Origin: an uncultured bacterium | Lineage (GTDB): Bacteria; Muiribacteriota; Ozemobacteria; Ozemobacterales; Ozemobacteraceae | Reading direction: 5' to 3' | NCBI GenBank assembly: GCA_964428355.1 | Contig: CAYRYU010000010.1 | Coordinates: 39,334-103,333 of the forward strand | Length of the DNA: 64,000 nucleotides | Part shown: positions 8,712 through 16,806 of the stretch, piece by piece | How positions within the stretch are numbered: the first letter of the stretch is position 1 | How the letters are laid out: the number at the start of each line of letters is the position of its first letter | Notes under the pieces: model-generated | What the model was told of the DNA's origin: nothing | Seen by the model: only the letters and a program-made list of their open reading frames with translations | Database searches by the model: none | Program-made: the position numbers and the translations under genes

Positions 8712-11291
8712 ATGGACGAGAGCGAAAGAACACGTATCGTCGACGCCCCTGAATCGACGTTGAAGATTTCTCCGGGGGGCGGGAAAGGCGACGCGGAGAA
8801 GACCATTCTCGTTGGCGGGCAGGGCCCGGGCCCGAGTGTGAGCCCTGGAGCTCCCGGAACCGCACCCCTCCTCAAAGGATGGGACCTCGTCAGAAGGTTT
8901 CCCGCGACCGGCGGGGAGGCGGATGTTTTCCTCGTCAGGCGTGAAGGCCAACTGAGGATCCTCAAGCTCTACCGGTTGGGGATCAAGCCGAAAATGGAGG
9001 TCCTGGAGCGGCTTTCCCGTCTTTCCGGGGCACACCCGGATTTCTTCGTCCAGATTCTCGAACAGGGTCACCATCCCGATTCGAACCGGTTTTTCGAAGT
9101 GCAGGAGTATTTCCCGCTCGGAACCCTCCGGGAGTTGGCGGGCCAGCGGAAGCTGGCCGTGGATGAGGTCAAGCGGGTCATCGAGAAGCTCTCGAGAGCC
9201 CTGTTCGCGCTTCATGAGTCCGGAATCCTTCATCTTGACCTGAAACCCGCGAACATCCTCATCAGGAGCATTGAACCTCTCGACGTGGTCCTGACCGATT
9301 TTGGAATCGCCTCCATCCTGGACGAGGAATTCTCCAAGAAGATGACGGACATCAAGGGAACCAGCCTCTACCAGTCCCCGGAAAGCCTCTCCGGGATCGT
9401 GGGAGCGAAATCCGACTGGTGGTCCCTCGGAATCATCCTTCTGGAACTTTTGCAGGGGAAGCACCCCTTCGACGGCCTCCAACGCCAGGTGATCTATTAC
9501 CGCCTCACCACAGCGGGGATCCCGATCCCGACCTCTCTCGATCGTCGCTGGATCAACATCCTGAAAGGTTTCCTTACCAGGAACCCGGATATCCGATGGG
9601 GGACCTCGGAAGTCCGGCAGTGGCTCGAAGGAAGCGAAGTCCGAACCTTCTTCGACGACGAGATTCCGACGGGAGACGTCGAAGCCTTGACCGCGGGTTT
9701 TGACGCCCGGTTCAGGAAGCTCGAGGTTCCCTTTTCATTCCTGGGAAAGCGGTTTTTCAGTTTCGAGGAGCTCCTGAGAGCGTTCGCCGCCACCCCGGAA
9801 GGTTGGGTCCAGGCGAAGGTGCATATCGCCCGCGGTCAGATCGCCCGTTGGCTTGAGGATAACGGTGACCAGGAACGGGCGGACAAACTTTCGGGCCTTG
9901 TCGACTCGGAAAATGATCCCGACCGGATGTTGTTCAAGACCCTCTACACCTTTTTCCCGGAGCTCCCGCTCGTCTGGTATGGAAGAATCGTCGACCGCAG
10001 GGCGATTCTGGAGCTTTTCGCCAGGGTCTGCGAGTCCGAGGTCACCCCAGAGGAACAGAAGCTCCTGGACATCCTTTTCACTGGCGATCTCCTCAAGGAC
10101 CACCAGGCGCTGGCGGGGCAGACCCCTCCCGATCTGGAGGACCTCAACCGGTTTCTCCAGTCGATGGTCAGGACGGAACTGCGGAACTTCCCGACAGTGG
10201 AACGTGCGCGGATCCTGCTTTTCGTGCTGCAGAGCAGCTTTCTGCCCGAGAAGGCGTTTCCGTATCTCCAGAACGCCCTCTCGGGGGATCGCGAATTCCA
10301 GATGATCCTCCAGTCCGCGGGAGCCAAGGGATTTTCGGATTTCGCGCAAAAATCCGGCATCTGGAAGAAAGGAGACGATGTAGTCTGGAAGCTTGTTTCC
10401 GAATTGTATTCCCGCTCGAGTCCGGTCGCCACGCAAGCCCTCGATGTTCTTCCCACAGAGAGCGCGGCTCTCGCGACCGCGGTGGGAAAGGACCGGTCCC
10501 TGAGCGATCTGATCATGTCGATCGTCCTGCAGACAGCCATGGATTCAGACATGTTCGACCGGTGGCGGAATCTCCTGAAGAACCATCGGTGGCTCGACGC
10601 TCTCGCCCGAGCCGCTTACGGGGTTCCCGACGAGACCACCTCCGAGAACTTCCTCGAAAACAAGCTGGTGGCGAAGTCCCTTCTCGGGAGATGGGACAGG
10701 CTGCGTGAATACGTCCTTCCCCAGTTTTTCTATTCGCTCAAGGAGGGACGGATACTGCCTCCGGCGCAGATCCAGGTTGTGAGGCGCCTCCTTCCCCAGC
10801 CTTGGGTCCTTCCCCCCAAATTCGGGTCCTTGAGGGTCTGGGAGGACCTCCATGATCACGTTCAGGAGCTACCTCCCAATGGGTTGAGGATTTCCTGCTT
10901 CGACGATCTCGTTGCTGTCAAGAGACAGTTTGTACAGTCCGTAAGTCTCTGGTACCAGTCGCAGATCGGGACTCTCGGGGCCTTCCTGTGCTGCATGCTC
11001 CTGTACCACTACGAGAGGTTCGACTTCTTCGTCATCCTCGCGGGCTTGTGTTTCCTGATATCGACTTTCTGGCCCTGGGCCAGGGAGATCGACTGGCTTG
11101 CCAGGTTCCGTGGTTCGAAGCCCTTCGAGGCCGCGATCGATGACGCGATGGTCACGTCGAGCAAGTCTCCGAAACCCTTCAATCACCTCAACCGGGTCGG
11201 CTTCTTCATGCTCGTGTTGAGGCTTTCCTTCCTCCATCCCGATTTTCTCTACTTCGTTTCGGAAGCGTGGAAAATGTATTCGAAGACGTGA
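8712..11291 (+). CDS. Hanks-type Ser/Thr protein kinase (non-RD) with about 450-aa uncharacterised C-terminal module and terminal TM segments
   Basis: The ORF track starts at TTG 8673; I choose ATG 8712 (MDESERT). Kinase motifs present: LRILKLY (beta3 Lys), HLDLKPANIL (catalytic loop, Arg of HRD replaced by Leu), DFGIAS and SPESL. The Gly loop is degenerate (ATGGEADVF). The C-terminal module is shared with the 12855 and 16803 genes. It ends in the hydrophobic stretch GAFLCCMLLYHY...FVILAGLCFLISTFWPW. Confidence 0.8.
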   Translation: MDESERTRIVDAPESTLKISPGGGKGDAEKTILVGGQGPGPSVSPGAPGTAPLLKGWDLVRRFPATGGEADVFLVRREGQLRILKLYRLGIKPKMEVLERLSRLSGAHPDFFVQILEQGHHPDSNRFFEVQEYFPLGTLRELAGQRKLAVDEVKRVIEKLSRALFALHESGILHLDLKPANILIRSIEPLDVVLTDFGIASILDEEFSKKMTDIKGTSLYQSPESLSGIVGAKSDWWSLGIILLELLQGKHPFDGLQRQVIYYRLTTAGIPIPTSLDRRWINILKGFLTRNPDIRWGTSEVRQWLEGSEVRTFFDDEIPTGDVEALTAGFDARFRKLEVPFSFLGKRFFSFEELLRAFAATPEGWVQAKVHIARGQIARWLEDNGDQERADKLSGLVDSENDPDRMLFKTLYTFFPELPLVWYGRIVDRRAILELFARVCESEVTPEEQKLLDILFTGDLLKDHQALAGQTPPDLEDLNRFLQSMVRTELRNFPTVERARILLFVLQSSFLPEKAFPYLQNALSGDREFQMILQSAGAKGFSDFAQKSGIWKKGDDVVWKLVSELYSRSSPVATQALDVLPTESAALATAVGKDRSLSDLIMSIVLQTAMDSDMFDRWRNLLKNHRWLDALARAAYGVPDETTSENFLENKLVAKSLLGRWDRLREYVLPQFFYSLKEGRILPPAQIQVVRRLLPQPWVLPPKFGSLRVWEDLHDHVQELPPNGLRISCFDDLVAVKRQFVQSVSLWYQSQIGTLGAFLCCMLLYHYERFDFFVILAGLCFLISTFWPWAREIDWLARFRGSKPFEAAIDDAMVTSSKSPKPFNHLNRVGFFMLVLRLSFLHPDFLYFVSEAWKMYSKT

Positions 11292-11330
11292 GACCCGCCC
11301 TCGGCCGGTTGGCGTGCCTGATCCCCGGGG

Positions 11331-12077
11331 TCAGGTGGCGGAAACCTGCACCAGCATGAAACCGATGTTGTCTTTGCTCGTTTTCAGGGCTTCACGAAAC
11401 AGCAGCTCAGCCGTTTCCTCCGACTTGGGGAGTCCGAACCCCTCTTCCATCCGCTCCACCGGCACGGCACCCCAGAGCCCGTCGGAACATATAAGAAAAC
11501 GGTCTCCGGGCCGGGGTTGCAAGGGTCTGACGAAAACCTTCATCGGCTCGGAGTCTCCCCCGACCACGGCGGAGGTCACGATGTTCTGGGGAAGGTTGGC
11601 CGCAGGGATTCCTCCAGCCGAGGCTTCCTCCACCAGTGAATGGTCCTTCGTAAGCCTGTTGAGATACCCGCCCGTGACCTTGTAGACCCGGCAGTCACCC
11701 ACATTGAATACGAAGCTGTTCGGGCCGGCGAGGAAAAGCCCGGAAAGGGTGGTTCCAAGGCGGATATGTTTCGCTTCTGCGATCCGGTCGAGCCGGGCTT
11801 TCGCCTTCATGAGCAGGGGTTCGAACTGGGCAGGGGAGGTCAGGCTGCCGAACCCGTCCTTCAGGACCCCGAGGACCTCGCCGCTTGCCTCCTCCCCTGC
11901 CTCCTCCCCTCCCATCCCGTCGGCAACGACAAACCAGAGGGGGGAGCCTTCGAACTCCGTTCCTACAACCTTGTCCAGCGAGGTTTGGGAGATCACCTTG
12001 TCGAAGACCAGGAGAGAATCCTCGTTGTTCTTGCGGATCGTTCCGACATTCGTCAAAAAAAACGTCTTTACCTTCAC
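11331..12077 (-). CDS. PP2C-family Ser/Thr protein phosphatase
   Basis: GTG start at 12077 with AGGAGG 5 nt upstream. Motifs VADGMGGEEAGEEAS and ICSDGLWG are the metal-binding signatures of PPM/PP2C phosphatases (Stp/PrpC-like). Confidence 0.8.
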   Translation of the reverse strand: MKVKTFFLTNVGTIRKNNEDSLLVFDKVISQTSLDKVVGTEFEGSPLWFVVADGMGGEEAGEEASGEVLGVLKDGFGSLTSPAQFEPLLMKAKARLDRIAEAKHIRLGTTLSGLFLAGPNSFVFNVGDCRVYKVTGGYLNRLTKDHSLVEEASAGGIPAANLPQNIVTSAVVGGDSEPMKVFVRPLQPRPGDRFLICSDGLWGAVPVERMEEGFGLPKSEETAELLFREALKTSKDNIGFMLVQVSAT

Positions 12078-12104
12078 GATTCCTCCTTCCGGTTGCTCCC
12101 TGCC

Positions 12105-12815
12105 TCAGGACTCCTCCAAGATCTCGATCGTGACCTGGGCGGAAAGGCTCAAAACGTCACCGGGTTTGATGGCCTCCTTTGAAAGGGGGGCGAGGCGGCG
12201 GCCGTTGACGAAAGTCCCGTTGCCGCTTTCCAGGTCCTCCACGAACCAGGTTCCGGCGTCCCACGTGATCTTAAGATGCCTCCTGGAAACGATCTGGAAC
12301 TGGCCAAAAAGCTCCTGCCCAACGGCGTGACGTCCGAGGATGTCATCGGGCTGGATCTCGAACATCCGGTCGCCGAACTTGCAGGTGAGCTTCCGGGGCT
12401 GCTCTCTGACGGTCCTGCCGGAATCGGTGGATCCATCCGCAGGTTCACCTTGGGCGGGAGAAGAGGACGGTTTTCCCTTCTTCCCTTTCTTCTCCGACTG
12501 CGCCTCCACGGCTTTCGCCCTGGGCTGGATTCGCGGAGGCATCTGGCCCACCGCGATCCCGCTGATATCTGCCATGCAGAGGGCGCAGAAAAACTCCTCT
12601 GGCAGATTCGAATGTCCGCAGGACGGGCAGATTTTTATCGGACTCACGGATTCGGAATCCCTCTGAATTTCCGGGGGGGGCGCCCCCTGTCTTGAGGGAA
12701 TTCTATCGCGCACCGAAGGAATTTTCCAGTCAACCATCCTGGACAATTGCATCATGACACAGGTCACTCGTCGGCTCTTGACTTCGCCTTCGAATTCGGG
12801 CATTTTTCGTTCCAT
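12105..12815 (-). CDS. FHA domain protein with N-terminal C4 zinc-ribbon
   Basis: C-terminal GRHAVGQELFGQFQIVSRRHLKITWDAGTWFVEDLESGNGTFVNGRRL is a canonical FHA domain. Upstream lies the zinc-ribbon motif CPSCGHSNLPEEFFCALC, then a Lys/Ser/Pro-rich linker. The true start is probably internal: a GTG preceded by AGAGGGA just before the zinc-ribbon is plausible. It lies 27 bp upstream of the PP2C gene. Confidence 0.7.
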   Translation of the reverse strand: MERKMPEFEGEVKSRRVTCVMMQLSRMVDWKIPSVRDRIPSRQGAPPPEIQRDSESVSPIKICPSCGHSNLPEEFFCALCMADISGIAVGQMPPRIQPRAKAVEAQSEKKGKKGKPSSSPAQGEPADGSTDSGRTVREQPRKLTCKFGDRMFEIQPDDILGRHAVGQELFGQFQIVSRRHLKITWDAGTWFVEDLESGNGTFVNGRRLAPLSKEAIKPGDVLSLSAQVTIEILEES

Positions 12816-12854
12816 GGCCTTCCTGGAATTGTCTCCGTTCCTCAGGAGGTTCCG

Positions 12855-15116
12855 ATGGATTCTGGTTCCCGATCCACCCTTCCGCCCGGGCCGTCTGGAA
12901 CGGGGTTGGAGCGTCGGCTTTCCCCGCCCTTCGTCTTCCTGCGCATGGAGTTCGACACGCTCGAAGGCCTCCTAAAGGAGTTGACCACTTCCCCCGACAA
13001 ATGGAGCAGGGGGAAGGTCCTGATGAACCAGGGCCGGATCCGCGACTGGCTTCGGGAAGCCGGCGACGAGGAAAGAGCCCGGGTCGTCGATGGGGTGGCA
13101 GGTGGAGCGGGGGAAGGAGACCGCAAGCTCTTTCGGCTCATCCATTCGCTGAGCCCGTCCGCTCCCTTTTCCTGGCGTGGAAAACCCTTTTCCCGCGGGA
13201 TGCTGATGGATCTCCTGCGCCGCGGTTCGAGGGCGCAAGCCGGCGAAGATGATCAAGCGCTTCTGGAGCAGGTCTTCGGTGAGGGGATGTTCCGGGAGTA
13301 TCTGTCCCTGAAGAGCTCACTACCCGATGACATTGGGCCGCTGGTTGGATCCGCCCAGGCCATGAGAGCGTCCGAGATCGGTGGGATGCCCATTGCCGAG
13401 CTTTGCAGGCTTGTGCTGGCGATCGGAAACGGGATCCTGGGCCCGGCCGAACCTTTTCGCATACTTCGATCCGCTCTCACTGGGGATCCCGACGCCGCCT
13501 GGATCGTAGGCCTGGTGGGGAAGAACGGATTTTCCGCCTTCGCCGCAAAGAACGGGCTTTGGAGTGGAACGGACGACCCGGCGTGGCGGCTGCTGCCCGA
13601 CCTGGTCATGCCTGCAACGGTCGATCAGAAACTGGTAGGTCTCCTTTGTGAGGCGGGAGAAGCCCCGGTGAAGGCCCTGAGGGAGCTACCCGGATTCGAC
13701 CGTCTTCTTCGCGGGATCCTTCTTCGCACCCTCGGGGAGGCGGAGATAGCCCGGGATGATTTCCAGCTTCTCCCATCCTCTCCATGGTTCGACGACCTCC
13801 TCCGGGCCGCTTTCCAGGTTCCCGAGGGGAAGGGGGTCCGGGAATTCCTCATCGCCTACGTTTGCAGGAAAGAGATTCACCGGGACTGGGAAATCCTTGA
13901 CCCCTATCTCCTCCCTCCGTTCTTCAACGACTTCCGGAATGGAAAACCCGTAACGGAGAAGCAGGTCGAGATGATACGGGAAGTTCTCAAGAACCCCGGG
14001 ATCCTCATTCCCACCACGGCGGTGGTTTCCTCCTGGAAAGGGCTTCAGAGCTTTCTCGAGGGGGAATCGGATTCGGCGACGGTTGTTGAATGCTTTGAAG
14101 ACCTTGCGATCATCAAGAAGGCCTACGCCCGGAAAAGGGAAAGATACTTCCAGGTGATGGCCGCCTCCGTTGGATTGGGTGTCGCGTCCATCTCGGCGAT
14201 GCTTTTGGGCCCAACTTATCCTCCAATCGTGATCTCGGGTCTTTTGTTTGCTTCTGGGGTCCTGATTCCGGGACTGGTCTGGATCCCCTATTTCCGGAGG
14301 CTTTGGGAGCGGTTCCGGCCCAAAGGGGGGACCGAGGCCGGGAATGCCTTCGACCCTCCTCACTCCTCTCCCTGGAACATCTTCACGGTCACGGGTATGG
14401 CCTTCTGCATTTCGGGCTTCGTTCTATACGGTGTATTTCTCGGATTCCTGCTCACGATGACTCACGACTCCTCCGTTTTCCTGCTCAGGACAGGTTGTGA
14501 GCTCCGGCTCATCGTGCCGGGCATGGATCCGGTTCTTCATTCCTTCCAGCAGCGAAACCCTGAAGCCCTGAGGTATCTTCTCCACCGGTTCGGGGAAAAC
14601 TCCGCTCTTGCCGGTGAGGAGCGCAAAAGGCAGCTTCTCTCGGAGGCAATTGCGGGAAAGTGGAAACCGGGAATCGAGATCCTTCTTTCCTCGACCAATC
14701 TTTCCCAGAAACGGAATGGCGACTGGAGGATTCTTTTCGGTGCCATCCGGTCCAAGGATGTCGAGATCGTCAGGGAGGTCATGAGATGGGGAATCGATCT
14801 CAAGCTCGTCAGTCCGGTCGAAGATAGCGCACTCCACGAGGCGGTCATGCAGGGGGCTCCCGAGATGGTTCGGTTCCTGCTCGGGAAAGGCCTCGAGGTG
14901 AATGCGGTTAACGTTGAGGGCCAGACCCCCCTTCATTATTGCCTTCCCCTTGCGGGTCGGAACCCCTCCCAGGCGGTCGAGGTTGCCCGGATTCTCCTTG
15001 CTGCGGGCGCTGACAAAAGACTCCGGGACCGTAGGGGGCAGACGCTCCTCGGCTGGATCGAGCTGACCCAGCGGAGAGATAACGGAGGAATACTTTTGAA
15101 AGTCCTGGAAGAATGA
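12855..15116 (+). CDS. Ankyrin-repeat protein carrying the same uncharacterised module as the two kinases, with central TM helices
   Basis: The ORF track starts at TTG 12747. ATG 12855 (MDSGSRS) has AGGAGG 7 nt upstream. The N-terminal roughly 430 aa align with the kinase C-terminal modules: WSRGKVLMNQGRIRDWLREAG, GFSAFAAKNGLWSGTDDPAW, LLPPFFNDFRNGKPV. There are two or three predicted TM helices (GLGVASISAMLLGPTYPPIVISGLLFASGVLIPGLVWIPYF; FTVTGMAFCISGFVLYGVFLGFLL). The C-terminus has at least 3 ankyrin repeats (ALHEAVMQGAPEMVRFLLGKGLEVNAVNVEGQTPLHYC...ILLAAGAD). Confidence 0.7.
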   Translation: MDSGSRSTLPPGPSGTGLERRLSPPFVFLRMEFDTLEGLLKELTTSPDKWSRGKVLMNQGRIRDWLREAGDEERARVVDGVAGGAGEGDRKLFRLIHSLSPSAPFSWRGKPFSRGMLMDLLRRGSRAQAGEDDQALLEQVFGEGMFREYLSLKSSLPDDIGPLVGSAQAMRASEIGGMPIAELCRLVLAIGNGILGPAEPFRILRSALTGDPDAAWIVGLVGKNGFSAFAAKNGLWSGTDDPAWRLLPDLVMPATVDQKLVGLLCEAGEAPVKALRELPGFDRLLRGILLRTLGEAEIARDDFQLLPSSPWFDDLLRAAFQVPEGKGVREFLIAYVCRKEIHRDWEILDPYLLPPFFNDFRNGKPVTEKQVEMIREVLKNPGILIPTTAVVSSWKGLQSFLEGESDSATVVECFEDLAIIKKAYARKRERYFQVMAASVGLGVASISAMLLGPTYPPIVISGLLFASGVLIPGLVWIPYFRRLWERFRPKGGTEAGNAFDPPHSSPWNIFTVTGMAFCISGFVLYGVFLGFLLTMTHDSSVFLLRTGCELRLIVPGMDPVLHSFQQRNPEALRYLLHRFGENSALAGEERKRQLLSEAIAGKWKPGIEILLSSTNLSQKRNGDWRILFGAIRSKDVEIVREVMRWGIDLKLVSPVEDSALHEAVMQGAPEMVRFLLGKGLEVNAVNVEGQTPLHYCLPLAGRNPSQAVEVARILLAAGADKRLRDRRGQTLLGWIELTQRRDNGGILLKVLEE

Positions 15117-15186
15117 CTTCGAAAGGGGCGCCGGGGACGGTTGCAATCGCGGTCGAAATTCCTTATCGTGTCATGGGAGGGTGGTA

Positions 15187-16806
15187 ATGAGCACTGCCAT
15201 AGTTTTCGTTCCCGCCGCCAGCTCTTTCTTCCCCGGTGCCGCGGCAGCGATGACCGGGGGGGTGGGCTTTCCCATCCTGCTTGGCGCTGCCCTCGGCCTG
15301 TTGATTTTGAGCCGCGTCATGGAAGAGGCAGGGAAGGCGGAGTGTTCTTGCGGCAGGCAGAACAGGGACTCCCTGAACGCCATGTTCCGCCAGGTCGAGG
15401 CTTCCGTTCAGAAGGTCGTTTCCGAGGTTCTCGAGCGGGCGGGCCGTACTCCGCTGAGCAATCGCAGCCGCGAAGCCCTCCAGCGCGAGATCGAGCTGAT
15501 CCGTGGGACAATGATTCCCAAGTGCCTTTCCGATCTTCGGGACGGTGTTCTCGGCGAACGCGAGGTCAGGGCGGTCGTTGATAAGCTCGAAGGGCTCGAC
15601 CTGCTCCTGGTCCAGCACCGCAGCGGGTTCACCCAGTCAAGGTCACGCGCCGATTTCCTGTCCGGGAAAATCGCAAGTCTCCTCCCCGATCTGACCTCGC
15701 GTTACTCGGGATCGGGGAAAGAGGATGCGCTGAAGGCCAGATTCGAGGAAATCCGGGGCATTCCGGAAGAGGATATCGAGGAAAGGATCGGTCTTCTCGA
15801 AGAGTTCCTTGGCCGGATCGAATGTATCTCCGACGGGAAGGTCCTGAGGAAGGTGGTGGACAGGCTTCTCGCCGGAACGCGGATTCCCGGTGTCGCCGCG
15901 ACCGGCCCGGGACCGGCCCCCATTCTCCCCCCTGACGAAGGCCTCGACCGGATGACACGGCTGAAGACCCTTCTCAACGACCTTGCCTTCTACCACCAGA
16001 AGCTTGGGGCCGAGTTCCCCGAACTGCTCGATGACCAGATGCAGAAGCTGGTTTCCGAGGCAAGCGGTTCCGACCATCTCCAGCGGGTTTCCGCGGTCCG
16101 GGACCAGGTGAAGCTGGTCTACCAGAAAGCCCATTCCCGGATGGTCCTTTCATCCTTCTTCAAGGACCGCCTGATCGCCCTTCGCGCAACCCTTTCCCCC
16201 GACAATCCCCTCACCGGGAGACTTGGAAGGGCGATCGAGGAAGCCGTGGTCGAGCGCGGGCTTTTCCAGGAGCTTTCCGAAGCGGTGGAAAAGCATCACC
16301 TCGGGGAGTTCGATGAGGAGATGAAGCTGGGCATCAGGGAAAAGGTTTCTTCCGCTCTCGATCGTCTTAATTACGTGGTGATCGATGATGACGAGCGGAA
16401 GGAGATTGTAGACCGCCTCTCCGAATCGAGGATGGCCCTTCTCAACACCAAATACGATGATTACAAACTGCTTCTTCGCATGGGGAAGGATGATGCCCTT
16501 TCGATCCGGTTGGTCAGGGTCGTTCAGAATCTGAAGGAACGGGAGAACATCTCCGAGTTCCAGAAACAGAAGGATACTGACCTCAAGAACGAGTGGTGTC
16601 ACAACGTCGATCTGCTTCGCGAGCACCTCGAGGCAATGGGAATCATCGTCAACCAGAAACTCCGCCTCGAGGACGATGTCCAGTATCTTACCATCGAGCA
16701 GCTTGAACAGCAGAAGGTCGATACCTCCCGGTTGAGAAAAACCACCCCCGATGCGGTCAAGAAGGGCCAGGCGCGACAAAGGAAGCGCGGGGAAAAGAGC
16801 GGATGA
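15187..16806 (+). CDS. Uncharacterised protein with N-terminal hydrophobic anchor and long alpha-helical region
   Basis: ATG 15187 with GGGAGG 6 nt upstream; the ORF track lists GTG 15181. N-terminus MSTAIVFVPAASSFFPGAAAAMTGGVGFPILLGAALGLLILS is a TM/signal segment. The remaining roughly 480 aa are Glu/Leu/Arg/Lys-rich with no motif I recognise. Its stop overlaps the start of the kinase at 16803 (ATGA). Confidence 0.55.
   Translation: MSTAIVFVPAASSFFPGAAAAMTGGVGFPILLGAALGLLILSRVMEEAGKAECSCGRQNRDSLNAMFRQVEASVQKVVSEVLERAGRTPLSNRSREALQREIELIRGTMIPKCLSDLRDGVLGEREVRAVVDKLEGLDLLLVQHRSGFTQSRSRADFLSGKIASLLPDLTSRYSGSGKEDALKARFEEIRGIPEEDIEERIGLLEEFLGRIECISDGKVLRKVVDRLLAGTRIPGVAATGPGPAPILPPDEGLDRMTRLKTLLNDLAFYHQKLGAEFPELLDDQMQKLVSEASGSDHLQRVSAVRDQVKLVYQKAHSRMVLSSFFKDRLIALRATLSPDNPLTGRLGRAIEEAVVERGLFQELSEAVEKHHLGEFDEEMKLGIREKVSSALDRLNYVVIDDDERKEIVDRLSESRMALLNTKYDDYKLLLRMGKDDALSIRLVRVVQNLKERENISEFQKQKDTDLKNEWCHNVDLLREHLEAMGIIVNQKLRLEDDVQYLTIEQLEQQKVDTSRLRKTTPDAVKKGQARQRKRGEKSG

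Noticed and set aside
8598-9482. 294-aa minus-strand ORF antisense to kinase 1
   Set aside because: Overlaps the well-supported kinase catalytic domain. Composition-driven ORF.
12747-12854. TTG-initiated N-terminal extension of the ankyrin-module gene, and the 8673 TTG start of kinase 1
   Set aside because: Downstream ATGs (12855; 8712) have much better Shine-Dalgarno context. The extension at 12747 would also overlap the FHA gene 5' end.
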